Source: Oopsacas minuta
Lineage: Eukaryota > Animalia > Porifera
Direction: 5' to 3'
DNA length: 64,000 bases
NCBI GenBank assembly: GCA_024704765.1
Contig: JAKMXF010000315.1
Location: forward strand, 124,001 to 188,000
The translations under genes and the position numbers were made by a program. Below the pieces are notes generated by a model. The model saw only the letters and a program-made list of their open reading frames with translations, had not been told where the DNA came from and ran no database searches. Positions 13,349 through 24,639 of this stretch are shown here, piece after piece. The number at the start of each line of letters is the position of its first letter. Positions within the stretch are counted from its first letter, which is position 1.

Positions 13349-15239
13349 TATAAACAAATTGGGATCTTCCATATAGTTAGTAATATTTCTGAGATCCGGG
13401 CAACTTCTGGAGGCTGGATGGAGCTCAGAGGTTCTATTGCATATAAACAACATACAAGTATGTGGTTGTAAAGGCAGTTTTCATACTTTCCATTTGTGAA
13501 TGGATTTTTTATGACATAGATGTTGGCATTCACACATCAATTCTGACGTAAACAATAACTTAATTATCTAAAATGAGATATCATAGGTAATTGCAGAGGC
13601 AAGGATAGGAACTAATTTGCTTGCTCAAATATGTGAATTCTTAGAATCGAACATATAATTTAGTTTTAAAATTAGCATGATTAACAAAGTTTACGAAATT
13701 GACACAACATAATTATTGAATAAGAGAGGCGAAGTTTTAATGTCTAAATATGCTACAAACTTCAAATTTTGCCACAATTAATTCAACATTATATAACAAA
13801 GCAAAAGACGATACATTTTCTGCTTTCGGAGGCACGTTTCTCCCGGGGGACTTTCTAGTCCCTCACAAACCACTTTTTGTTAAGAAAAAGATTTCGTTAA
13901 GTTTTCTAAAATATTCAAAACTTAACTTGCAATTAGATTTGCTTGATACTTAAGTATTTCAAATATTTTTGCAATCTGTTCATAGATATTAAAACTTATT
14001 TGGAAACTTAGAATTGTCTTAAATTGTACTTTTTGATTTACATAAACTTAAAACAAAATCCACTTATGTAATATAGTACCTATTTCTCGAATAGTAGCAG
14101 GAGGCGGAAATTATTTTTATAAGTTTTAACTCTGAACCACATATTTTGGTTTGTATGAGGCTTACACATTATGAAAAATATAATTATTATATAATTATGG
14201 CAAAGAGCAGTATTCCTCTGAATGTTATTACATGCAATAGGACTAGAATAGTATTTATAGATACCTCCATTAAAAAGTAACTAATATATCTAAGATGACA
14301 AGCTTGGAAGAAGGAAGATAGCAAAATGAATAACAGACAATAAAAGTTAAGTCAACTACGTAGAGTCATGACTTAAGTTATTTGAAAATATTTGGACAAG
14401 TTTAAGGAAATATTCAGTTTTTTCATACACTTAAGCAAATACTTAGTTAGTTCTTAGTTTTGTATAGTGAATACCAACATCAATCTGCTATAAAATTTAC
14501 TTTAGTTTAGCATAAGTGTAACCAAATGCTCAGTTTTTGCTCAAAACCTAAACAAATTTGAAGTCAAGTTGATCAGTGAATCAGGCCACAGATGTTAAAG
14601 ATTGTTGAATATTATCACACATGGAGAGTCGCATTGAATCATCAGACTTAAGTACAGCTAGATTGCGTTAAGAAATTCCTCAAGGTGTTTGTCAATATCG
14701 TTTCAATGCTTCCAAATAGTATGTATATTCCAAGTGCCAGTGGCGCTCAAACAAATTTTGTTATTGTGATGAGTTGTGTGTACTAATATTATGAAATCAT
14801 GTGCCCATTACTAAAGCTCTCATCCATACGAAAATTCTTCAACTTAAATATTTCTAACCAAATTACATGTGATCATAAAGTGACTGTATTGCTTGTTGAA
14901 CTTTAACAAGCATCCAGGAAACACTCATGCACTTTTTGTACTTTGCGGAAGGATACAAGATATACTGAAATACCTCCTGGTGAAAGAAGATATAAAGAAT
15001 TAATCAAGGATCTTCATTCTACAAATAGAGTATCCGATGAACCAAACATTTTGTAGTCAGAATCAGGTATGAAATTACTCACTCATACTCCTCTCTAAAA
15101 TACTTCCAGGCCTCGTAATCGATCGTATAGTGTGGCTGAGGCATCGCAAAATGTAACTAACCGATATGATGGTGTACTATACAAACAACAATGTGAAGCT
15201 TATTGCCATAGCTGTTTGTGTCACGTAAAAGTAGATATA

Positions 15240-15992
15240 GTTAAATAAATGAACAATTTGGGGTTTCAAAGTATAAAATATGAAAGCTCCAGTTCACATG
15301 TGTGGTAAAGTTAACAGAAATATAACGCACATGTAAACTAAAGGACAAAAGTTGTTGCACACAACTAAATCACAATTGTAAATCATGTCAAACATAGTGA
15401 ATATTTGAATATAGATGCAACAATATACCTCAGAGAACTAATTGATGATGTTTGTTAACAGATTCCTTGATAAATCTATGAATATTTTCCAAGTATATTT
15501 TTCTAGCGACAATTCGTTGATTAAGGACTCTAAAAAAAAGTGACGTAGTGACAATCCATTAGTAGAGCTTAAGAAAGTTAGAATAATGCTAAATAATTAA
15601 CTAGCACTAACCACATATGTATGCTCTGATGTCGAATATAAAGGACATCTCCAATGCAAGAATAATACAGGTAGCCTTCAATAGTCACCAAAGAACAATA
15701 ATTAACTTGTATAAACTCAAATTCAACTGCCAAAAACATCAATGGAAATATTTTTGAATACATTTCTGCCAAGAGTATTAGCATGCATAAAGAATCATTT
15801 GGAATAACTCTAAACTGAATAATGAACAAATAGTATAAAACTACTCGTTGGTATTTACATTACAAATTTCATACTAAGATAGGCAACAAAACGGCCAAAA
15901 TATCAAGAATTTGGTTAAAAATAGATTCATACTTGGTTTCCTTCCTTAACAATGCTTGTTAAGTAGCTTCTTGATGTTGCTCAGTGTATTCG
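15240..15992 (-). pseudogene. Highly decayed hAT transposase remnant (tentative)
   Basis: Frames with stops: EKYTWKIFIDLSRNLLTNIIN*FSE (hAT Y...D.L...I..RF motif), followed by GTGAACTGGAGCTTT, an ERSF motif with one extra base. Confidence 0.33.
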
Positions 15993-17529
15993 CTGTAAAT
16001 TAATAATTGAATACGAGTTTGAATGTTGCATGGCCATTTCAAGAAAGTAGAAATATATTCGACAGTAGACAATTCTTAAAATTAGTTTTTCGAAGTTTTA
16101 GTTAAGTTTCATATATTCTATATTCATCTGCAGTCTAAATAATGAATAATTGCAGCTTGTAAGGTTATGGGTGTAGATAATGTCCAATAAATGTATCTAT
16201 TCCGTGTTATGCAGTCATAGTAGATGGTAGTCATATAATATATGAGGAATATCAAAACATCTCAAGTATAAACAGAAACCAAATGAAATATATTAAGTGA
16301 ATAGAAGTTGGCTATTACCCAACTATCGGCATAAATTTGAGAGGATTATGGTTCATAGTTTCTGACTTGTAGCTTCAACAAATGAAAACACGCTTTCAAA
16401 GCAACACAGGAATATATGCAAATTCAATTCATACCAACCAGTGTTTTCAAATCAACTACTCCCCTTTGACATCATATACACCATAAAGCATTAAAAACAA
16501 TATGAACATGCATTAAAAACAGTTTGAAAAGCAGCATTTTTCGTACAAAAATAGCTTTTGCGAAAAAGCATGATAACATATAATATTCCTATATGTCATA
16601 AATACATAGCCAAGCTCTATCATATATATTTCTCGAAATATCTGGTAAAAACAGTTACTGTTGGCATCCTTGTTTTGAAGACTGGTCGGAAAACACAGCC
16701 GTATAATAAAAAAGTCATGTTTCCAAAATTCAGAAAAATGGGCCTGGGATATGTAACCTGCCGCCTTATTCACAAAACTACTTAACTTAAACAAACATAA
16801 TTTTAACTCGGAATTATAAAAAAACATAGTTTTTGCAAATCCGCAAATTTTACAAATACTTGACATACACTGAGTCATGACAAGGTTTATAAGAAAAATA
16901 AGTAGTTATTAAGTTTATGGAAAATTATGCAAAAATAGCAAACATTGTATATAGTCAACATACATTTCCAAATCCGTAATGAAGTATCCCCAACTGGACA
17001 TTTACAATTAAATTTCTATCGTGGAAATTTTAACGAAGCTGAGAAATAGGTCTGCCCTGACAATGGTCATCAGCAGCAATAGAAGTAAGTAAGAAACTAT
17101 TACACTGAACATACATATCTACAGTTGTGAACATTCAGAGATTCTTTACATATAGCTGAGCTATAGCATAATACAATTTTTTGCAATACAAAAACTCCCA
17201 TACGCTCTTTCGAAAAGGTGACTTTCATTAATTCAAAAAATAACCGTTCGTCGAAGATAGAAAAGCTAATATACAAAAAAATGTAATATAGTATAGCTGA
17301 GCTATATATAACCTATTTGTAATATTATTAAGTCAGTTCAGGACAAGACATTTAAACATAGTATATTTTCCTTTATTAATACCAACTTAGTTTTTGCGAT
17401 GAAATGCTTCAAAAACTATGTAAATACTTTAGTTTAAGTAGTTTAGTGAATAAGGCAGTAGGCTGACAATTAAACAGTACCTGCATTTCAAGATCCATGC
17501 GCTTTAGATGGAAAAAGTTTTGCATATTA

Positions 17530-18907
17530 CAGGGTGATTCAAAAGAAATGCAACCCAAAATGTTTTACGGGTCCTCTATCTTTATTTCTTAACTAAACCT
17601 ATTTATTCTTTTGGATTATAATTAGTTTGAGTCTAAAAGATCAGAAAATGCCAAATTGGATACTGTAGCACCGAATTTTCTGCGTGGCTCATTATTTTAA
17701 TACCTCCTCATACGAGACTGTAAAGACGCAATTTCGTAAATCATTCCAGACCCAAGTTGCTCCAGATAAATCGATGATCTATCGTTGGGTGGAGAAGTTT
17801 AGGAAATATGAGACAGTTCAAAACCTCAATAGTAAGTGTGATGACAGACTAACGCATTCTGGTCGGAGAAAGAAACGAACAGCAAAAGTTATTGAGATGG
17901 TCCGAAATTCTATTGAATTCAGTCCAAAACGGTCAATCAGGCGGAGGAGTCAATCATTGTCATTGGATAGAAAAATATCTGCAAGCACTATCAGGAGGAT
18001 CCTAATTGATGATCTTAAGAGGTTTCCATATCGTATACAAACAAACAGATGTTAACAGCTGGTGATAAGCCCAAAAGGATCAAAATGTCCAAGAATTTGC
18101 TAGAAATATTGAATATCAGGGTCGATTTCTTTCACTACTTTGGATGTCCGATGTAGCCCACTTTCATTTAAATGGAAAAATCAACTCCAAAACAAACGTG
18201 TTCTGGGGAACCCAGAGACAAATGGAAGTTGCAATGAAACCACTACACTCAGAAAATGCACAGTATGGGCAGCCATTTCGGCTAAAGGGATCACAGGACC
18301 ATTCTTTTTTGAAGAAAATGACAGGGCTGTTACAGTTACGAAAGATCGTTATGTCCAGGTCCTTGAGCTCTTCTGGGAGCAGCTCAGAGTCCTTTACCCA
18401 TCACTTCTGAATTACTTTTGGTTCCAACAAGATGGAGCGAGCTCACACACCTCAAAATTCTCCAGGGACTGGCTCAAAGAACACTTTGGAGCAAGTGTTA
18501 TCAGTCTCAAGACGAATTTTGAGTGGGCCCCCTATAGCCCCGACTTAAACCCTCCTGACTTCTACTTGTGGGGCTATCTTAAAGACCGAGTTTATTCTAT
18601 CAAGCCTAGAACAATCAGCGAGTTGAAGGAAAACATCAGAGAAGAAATTAGAAAGATTCCGAACACTGTATGCAAAAATGTCATCAACAACTTGGTGGTA
18701 CGACTCAAGAAATGTACAGAACTCAAAGGAGGTGATTTGGAACATTTGCTCCAATTCATACAATATTGACTGTAGTACGTTGAATTTTTAATATGTACTA
18801 AAAATATTGATATTCTACTCATGTTCTGAGTTTGATTGAGTTTGATTAAGAATTGTCTTCACTGCAAACATTTACTTTTGGGTTGCATTTTTTTTTGAAT
18901 CACCCGG
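17530..18907 (+). mobile_element. Full-length defective Tc1/mariner element of the DD41D (rosa) family
   Basis: ~31-bp TIRs CAGGGTGATTCAAAAGAAATGCAACCCAAAA and its reverse complement ending at 18907. Left TA, right TG. Encloses a transposase pseudogene. Confidence 0.92.
17648..18769 (+). pseudogene. DD41D transposase, frameshifted
   Basis: HTH region (APDKSMIYRWVEKF, SGRRK), first Asp in SDVAHFHLNG, and QQD followed by 41 residues and D (WAPYSPDLNPPDFYLWGYLK). Split over ORFs 17684-18055, 18144- and 18140-18769. Confidence 0.9.
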
Positions 18908-19860
18908 TGGCAGAAGAGAAAATTATCAAAAATAATATGTTGAAGTGTGTACGATTTGTTTAATACCAACTTAACATTATTCATAGTGATTAGAGTCAAC
19001 AAGAATTTTTGAAGAGTGTAGGTAGGGCTGTCGATAGCCAGAACGCGAGCGGGCTAAGTTTTCTGCGGGCACTCGTTATATATGACAACAATTTTGCGCG
19101 TTACACTGGGATTAACAAAATCCGAAGTTATTGATACTTGCGTCAATTAAGTTTTATAAGTCAATGCTAAATGGCTAAAGTTGTTGCTTTGGAATTCAAA
19201 ACAATTGAAACATTCGGGATAGTTGGCATGTATGGCGCAGTGGGAAAATAGAAGTTGAGTTTCATAATATTAAAAGAGATTAGACCCATATTATAGGATT
19301 CGGCATAGTCTAAAACCTATAAAACCAAAGTATTAAGTCATAAGATTTCTACATTCTAAATAGTACTGTTGCGCATGAGTGATTATATATATATTTTCAG
19401 CTATCAAAATATTGTGGTTTTGCAATCCTAATGTTGCTTCGTTTAAAGTAACCAAGTATGGTAAGATGCGTCTAAATACTACTAGCTAGTTATGCCCACA
19501 TTTATTGATGCTAAAACGAAAAGCTATTAAGAGATTTGAACACTAGCACATCTCCTAAATATACCATTTCAATTCGACAGTAATCTATTGTTTGGATACA
19601 ATTTGTTTGGCTAATACAGTGAGGAAACTTTGGATGATAAATGGTAGATTATCATTTACGCATACATAATCTAAAGATAGATACAAACACCCTCAAAGAC
19701 ATGACCTCTCAAACCACCCTTTACACAATTTGGTTTAGACATATGGTGAATTTTAAATTGGGTGTTTTCAGAATATTTTGATATTCCTTTTGTTAATGGT
19801 TTTGCAAAATTGATTAGACAGATAATGAATAATCTTGAGGCTTACGACATTCCCAAATAA

Positions 19861-21622
19861 ATGCCTTCAGATAGAGCCTCGTCTAATGAAATACTTCGTA
19901 TTTTTGGAGTACCTGGTACCGAGATGAATACTACTAGGAGTAATTTCAGAGCAATCAAATCCGGCAGAGATAAAAATCTGAGAAATCATGAAATAGCGAC
20001 CTGGGAAGAGATAATATTCTACTCTTCTATTGTATAACACCCTGGCAAAAAGAGATGCTCTCTCGACCGGACAATGTTCGAGACTGACTTATCCACCGAG
20101 TTCAGGAAACCGCTTTCTGAATAAACTCTTAAGGGTTCGAGAATTAGATTAACTCCACAATTAAATCTCATAAGCCAGATTGCACAGATAGAGGAGGTAG
20201 AAAATAAAACAATAGCGCCCTATGCTCTTCAGTTAGTCACCAACCAGTCTTGTGACAGAAACATGTGTTCCGTTTGTAAACAAATAATTTCAGATGGTAC
20301 ATTCGGTAATACTGGAAAACGTATTTGTACTGAAAAGGCAACCTTCATTCTTAACCAACTTGAAATTGGTAAACAGAAGTACTCTCATTTAAAACGGTTA
20401 TTGAAGACAGAGAATTGATTGTTCCCGGCATACAAACTAGTAGCTTCACACCGTGCTAACAATACGCTTGGAACTGACTTCCAATATGTGCACAACTATA
20501 ATCAGCTTAATCTAGAAATTTGTATATCATATGCAATGGTTTTGAAACAGACAGTTTTTCGATTACTCTCAAAACTTCACCACTTGGATTACTGTCAATT
20601 TCCTTTGGCATAAGAATATCCGATGACCTTGATGAATCAGGCTCACATCAAATATATAACCAACTACAGGAGAAAGTAGAATTCAACTCAAAAAATTTCA
20701 TAAAATTGCCTTTAAACTACTTTCAGTAAAGGATTTTAATGGCACAGAAATATGGGTAAATACAATTCCAAATTCACACTTTCAGGTTAGACCAGTTGCT
20801 TTAATAGCTATGAAAGAAAGTAAAGAAAACGTCCGGTTTCTAATGGATACTTACATCAATCCAGGAACAACTATAATAGAACAAGCAGGTAGTGCTCTTC
20901 CTCAAGATCATGTAACAGTGAAGGTATCCCGAAGTATGATAGATGGGAAAATGTCGGGTATACTTTCTGAAGCAGCGGGTGCGAAATGTCAATTAGCTAC
21001 TACTTTATTCATTGAGCTACATGCTATTGATTTAGTAAGATCTGGGTATCCCATTAACAGAACAATTACAGCCCCAAAGGATATATTTTCTTCCGTTGAT
21101 ACAACAGAGCACTTAGCACTTCCTTCGCAACAGCGTTTCGGAATGGCTCAAGAAACATTGTATGATATTGATATCATTCCTGCTCCTCCACTTCATTCAT
21201 ATATGTGTGTCTTCCATTTTTTCATTCATATGGTATACAATTTACACACTTGATATAAGAAATGCTCACAAACTTCCCCCAAAGTCAAAGACTCTTTGAA
21301 ATATATTAGTGAGTATTTGCAAGAAAAACTGGTATAAAAATCGACCAACCCTAAAGTGATGGTAGGACAACATCTACTGGCAACATAGCCTATGAATGAT
21401 TCAGCAATAAAAATAAATTCATAAATTGGTTCAGGACATTAATTCCTTCAGATTTACACGATCCACAAGAAAAATTCACATCAACCTCTCAGTTATTCTA
21501 CGCTGTTTAATAGTGGTAGGGAGATCAATACCAATGCCCATGAAGTATTATGCCGAGAAACCTATGAATTCATACTAACACAATTCCCCTGGGTAAATGT
21601 TACTCCATCCCTGCATAAATTA
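19861..21622 (+). pseudogene. RAG1-core-like/Transib transposase, 5' part
   Basis: Ordered motifs: LEIGKQKYSHLKRLL..FPAYKLV, DLDESGSHQIYNQ (first Asp region), PNSHFQVRPVALIAMKESKE, SMIDGKM..AKCQL (second Asp), PPLHSYMCVFHFFIHMVYNL, IDQP..GRTTSTGNIA, FPWVNVTPSLHKL. Several stops and frameshifts. Confidence 0.82.
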
Positions 21623-22049
21623 CCCAGGGCTACATAAAAAAATATTTCCCATACACAAACTAAGTTATTATACAATTCTTGTACAATTTTTCGTTCTAGA
21701 TGAAAACGCATTCATTTATGGCCACCACGGCAGGATTGTATAATAGAGAACATGATTTGTTTTAGAAAAGTCAATTTTGACATTAATTAATGTGGTAAAA
21801 TATACTGTTCCTAACATTATATTGCGTATTAATACGTGATATACTTATTGTGCCTACATACTTGTATATACGAAAGCACATATGTAATTTGCTATACTAC
21901 AGATATTCATAAGAAATTAGACCAAGGACTCCAAAAACTTCCAAGTGGCTATGTAAAAATGGATTTTGATGATCACATTACATCCTAACCTTTGAAAGAT
22001 TTCAAGCAATGATTGGCCAAATTCACATAATCCTGGGGCCTTATTAACT

Positions 22050-22170
22050 AAAATTCTAAGAATTATTCTTAACTTAATTCTAAGAATTAATGAAATATTC
22101 CTAGTTTTCGTTAAGAATTCTTAACTTGGCTATACTTAACGGATTCTAAGAATAATTCTTAGAATTGGGT
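22050..22170. repeat. Left subterminal array of AATTCT(A/T)AGAATT motifs of the Harbinger
   Basis: About four imperfect copies of a 13-bp quasi-palindrome. Confidence 0.8.
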
Positions 22171-22335
22171 AATTCTACTTGATTGATTCTTGCTATTGAT
22201 TAATAAAATTTATGCCAATTCATTCGACTTCAATCGCTTTTTGAGAAGATATGCGCATAGTATACAATAAATTGCCCCACCCAATAGAAAAGGATATTCA
22301 TTGCATTTCTCATTTGTGTACTATTGTATAAACTC

Positions 22336-23377
22336 ATGGCCTCGCTTTTTGTTCTTTTGGAGCTGGAAATAGGCAGTTTACGACGACAGAGAATATTTCG
22401 TGACAGGTTAAACCCTCTTGATGCATACACAGATGTAGAGTTTATTTCTCGTTATAGAATCAGAAGAGAAATGTTCTTAGAATTGCATGATAAAATTGAA
22501 ACTTTCATGTCTCGATCTACAAGCCGATCTCATTCACTTTCGGTGACAACTCAATTAGCGGTCACTCTTCAGTTTCTAGCTACGGGTAGTTTCCAAACTG
22601 TGGTTGCATCAGCTCATGGAATTTCCCAGCCCTCTGTGTCCAACTGTGTTAGAGGTGTAACAGATGCATTGTGCTCAATTGCGAAAGAGTATATACAGTT
22701 TCCAACTGCTGCTAGACAGATGAGCATGCAGCATGGATTTATGGAAAAGTTCGGGTTTCCTAAAGTATTAGGTTGCATAGACGGCACACATACCCCAATT
22801 GTTGCACCTAGCACCAACGAAGCAATTTATGTTAATCGTAAAAGTTTTCATTCAATTAAAGTCCAAGCGATATGTGACGATGTATTCAAGTTTATTGATG
22901 TAGTTGTGAAGTGGCCAGGCAGCACACATGACGCGTTCATATGGAGGCAATCAGGAATCAATCTTAAGATCACCAGTAAAGAAATTCCAATTCTTGATGG
23001 ATGGTTTCTCGGCGATAGTGGTTATCCGTTGCGCCCAAATTTAATGACTCCATTACTATCTCCTGTTACACCTCGCGAAAGAAGGTATAATCGTGCTTTC
23101 CTGAAGACTCGAAAGACAATTGAATGTACCTTTGGAATATGGAAGAGCAGATGGAGATCAATGGACAAGACTGGTGGCAGTTTGTGCTATAGTCCAGAGA
23201 GGGTTTGCAAACTAATCTTATCCTCCATGGTACTTCATAATTTGTGTTGATTGCGGTCTCCAAATTGATATTGAAAACTTGGAAAGTGATATGCCCTACA
23301 CCGAAACAGAAGACACTGAACATTCAGATAATGGGATTTTAGTTCGAGAAAATATAATTATAAATTATTTCACATGA
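22336..23377 (+). pseudogene. Harbinger DDE transposase (HARBI1-like family); one frameshift near 23245
   Basis: GCIDGTH, YVNRKSFHS, WPGSTHDA, LGDSGYPL, IECTFGIWKSRW and VLHNLC motifs are intact. The last ~40 codons (to NYFT*) lie in a shifted frame. Confidence 0.92.
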
Positions 23378-23461
23378 TATAGGGAGTTTAATAAATTAAC
23401 TGAGGACATGAATGAATTCGGCTATGATTTACGTATAACATAATTATCTTAATTAAGGATC

Positions 23462-24243
23462 CTAATCTTGACTTTGAAAGTAATGAGGCAATGAAAACAA
23501 ATTAGAAGTAGGAAATGAAGGGGGCAATGTCTGAAAATGCGGCAGAGGAGGCATAGTTTGAGCCATCAGAAGAGAAAGTGTCTTTGATTGATCCGCTGCT
23601 GTATGTTGCAAAATCTGGATCACTCGATCGAATTTACTCTCAAGCCGATCTAGCTTAGAATCAATGTTAGTCAAAATCTCCAATTTCTTATCTTCTTTCT
23701 CTAAAATTGCACGTTTGGTCGATTCCAATTCGTCATTTTCCAAACGATGACGTTTTCTTGGGGCTTGTTGGAAAAACTTTATTTGTTCAATATCTTCAGA
23801 GGGAACTGGGTTTATCAGCATCCTTTCAGTTTCATCATTTGCACACTGGGATTCAAGAGAGAGATCGATACCCGATTCAATGCCTTCAAAAGCTTTCTTC
23901 CCTTTGATGCTACTGATTTTAGCTTCTATTTCATTCAAATCAGCATCTGCAGGACTTTCTCCAGTTTTTCTTGCTGATGCTAACTTATCTGCAATACGAG
24001 GCTTATGTATTGTTAGTATATTAAACCATTTTTTCATGACATTATCCTTGTTCTTACATTCTCATGTAATTCAGACAGTCTCCCTGAAATTTCTTCCCAG
24101 ATTTTGTTCTAATCATCGAAAGTCAGAGTTGGTGTTAGAGCGCCGAACAATTTCGATTTTTGATCATGAATGAGATCCACGGGTGACATAATCTCCTCCT
24201 GAGTAAAATTCTTTGAACAAGTTTTCGATTTTTCAGTGGTCAT
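23462..24243 (-). pseudogene. Harbinger Myb/SANT-like DNA-binding protein with one in-frame stop
   Basis: MTTEKSKTCSKNFTQEE...LFG...FDD*NKIWEEIS...KKWFNI...ARKTG...FEGIESGID. A single TAG at 24109-24111 separates ORFs 24109-24375 and 23462-24037. Convergent with the transposase. Confidence 0.88.
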
Positions 24244-24639
24244 AATACGAGCGAGTGTTAAGATATTATCATAATTAATTAACATTTTATTATTATTCAT
24301 ACTTATCACTAAAGATGATAATATACGTAAATGGATAAAATTGCATAGATTGCGTATATTTTTGCAGGACGTCACTCAAATGACATTGACTTTATTTACC
24401 TTAGTTTATATACAAAACTATTATGTTTCAAAATATATGAGATATATTTTAATTACATAAATACATTTATTGATGTCATAATACAATTCAGAGTGACGTC
24501 AAGAAATAGTATCTAAATATAGTTGGTATAATTCGACTATAGTTCTATGCTGCGGGTATTACAACATGTAGATATGATAATCAAACATATTGTCTTGAGC
24601 GATAAACAATCTTCTTTGTTATTAAATCCGCATTGATTA

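Noticed and set aside
14950-15250. Two plus-strand exon-like pieces around a 43-nt GT-AG intron (RNRSYS, RYDG..C..C)
   Set aside because: The phases do not join without a stop. It may be piggyBac-like debris but is too weak to call.
15400-16130. Apparent chain of small exons, each with a single TAA/TAG, suggesting a variant genetic code
   Set aside because: The fragments fit a decayed hAT, and intact or near-intact transposase ORFs in the window terminate at TAA/TAG where homologues end.
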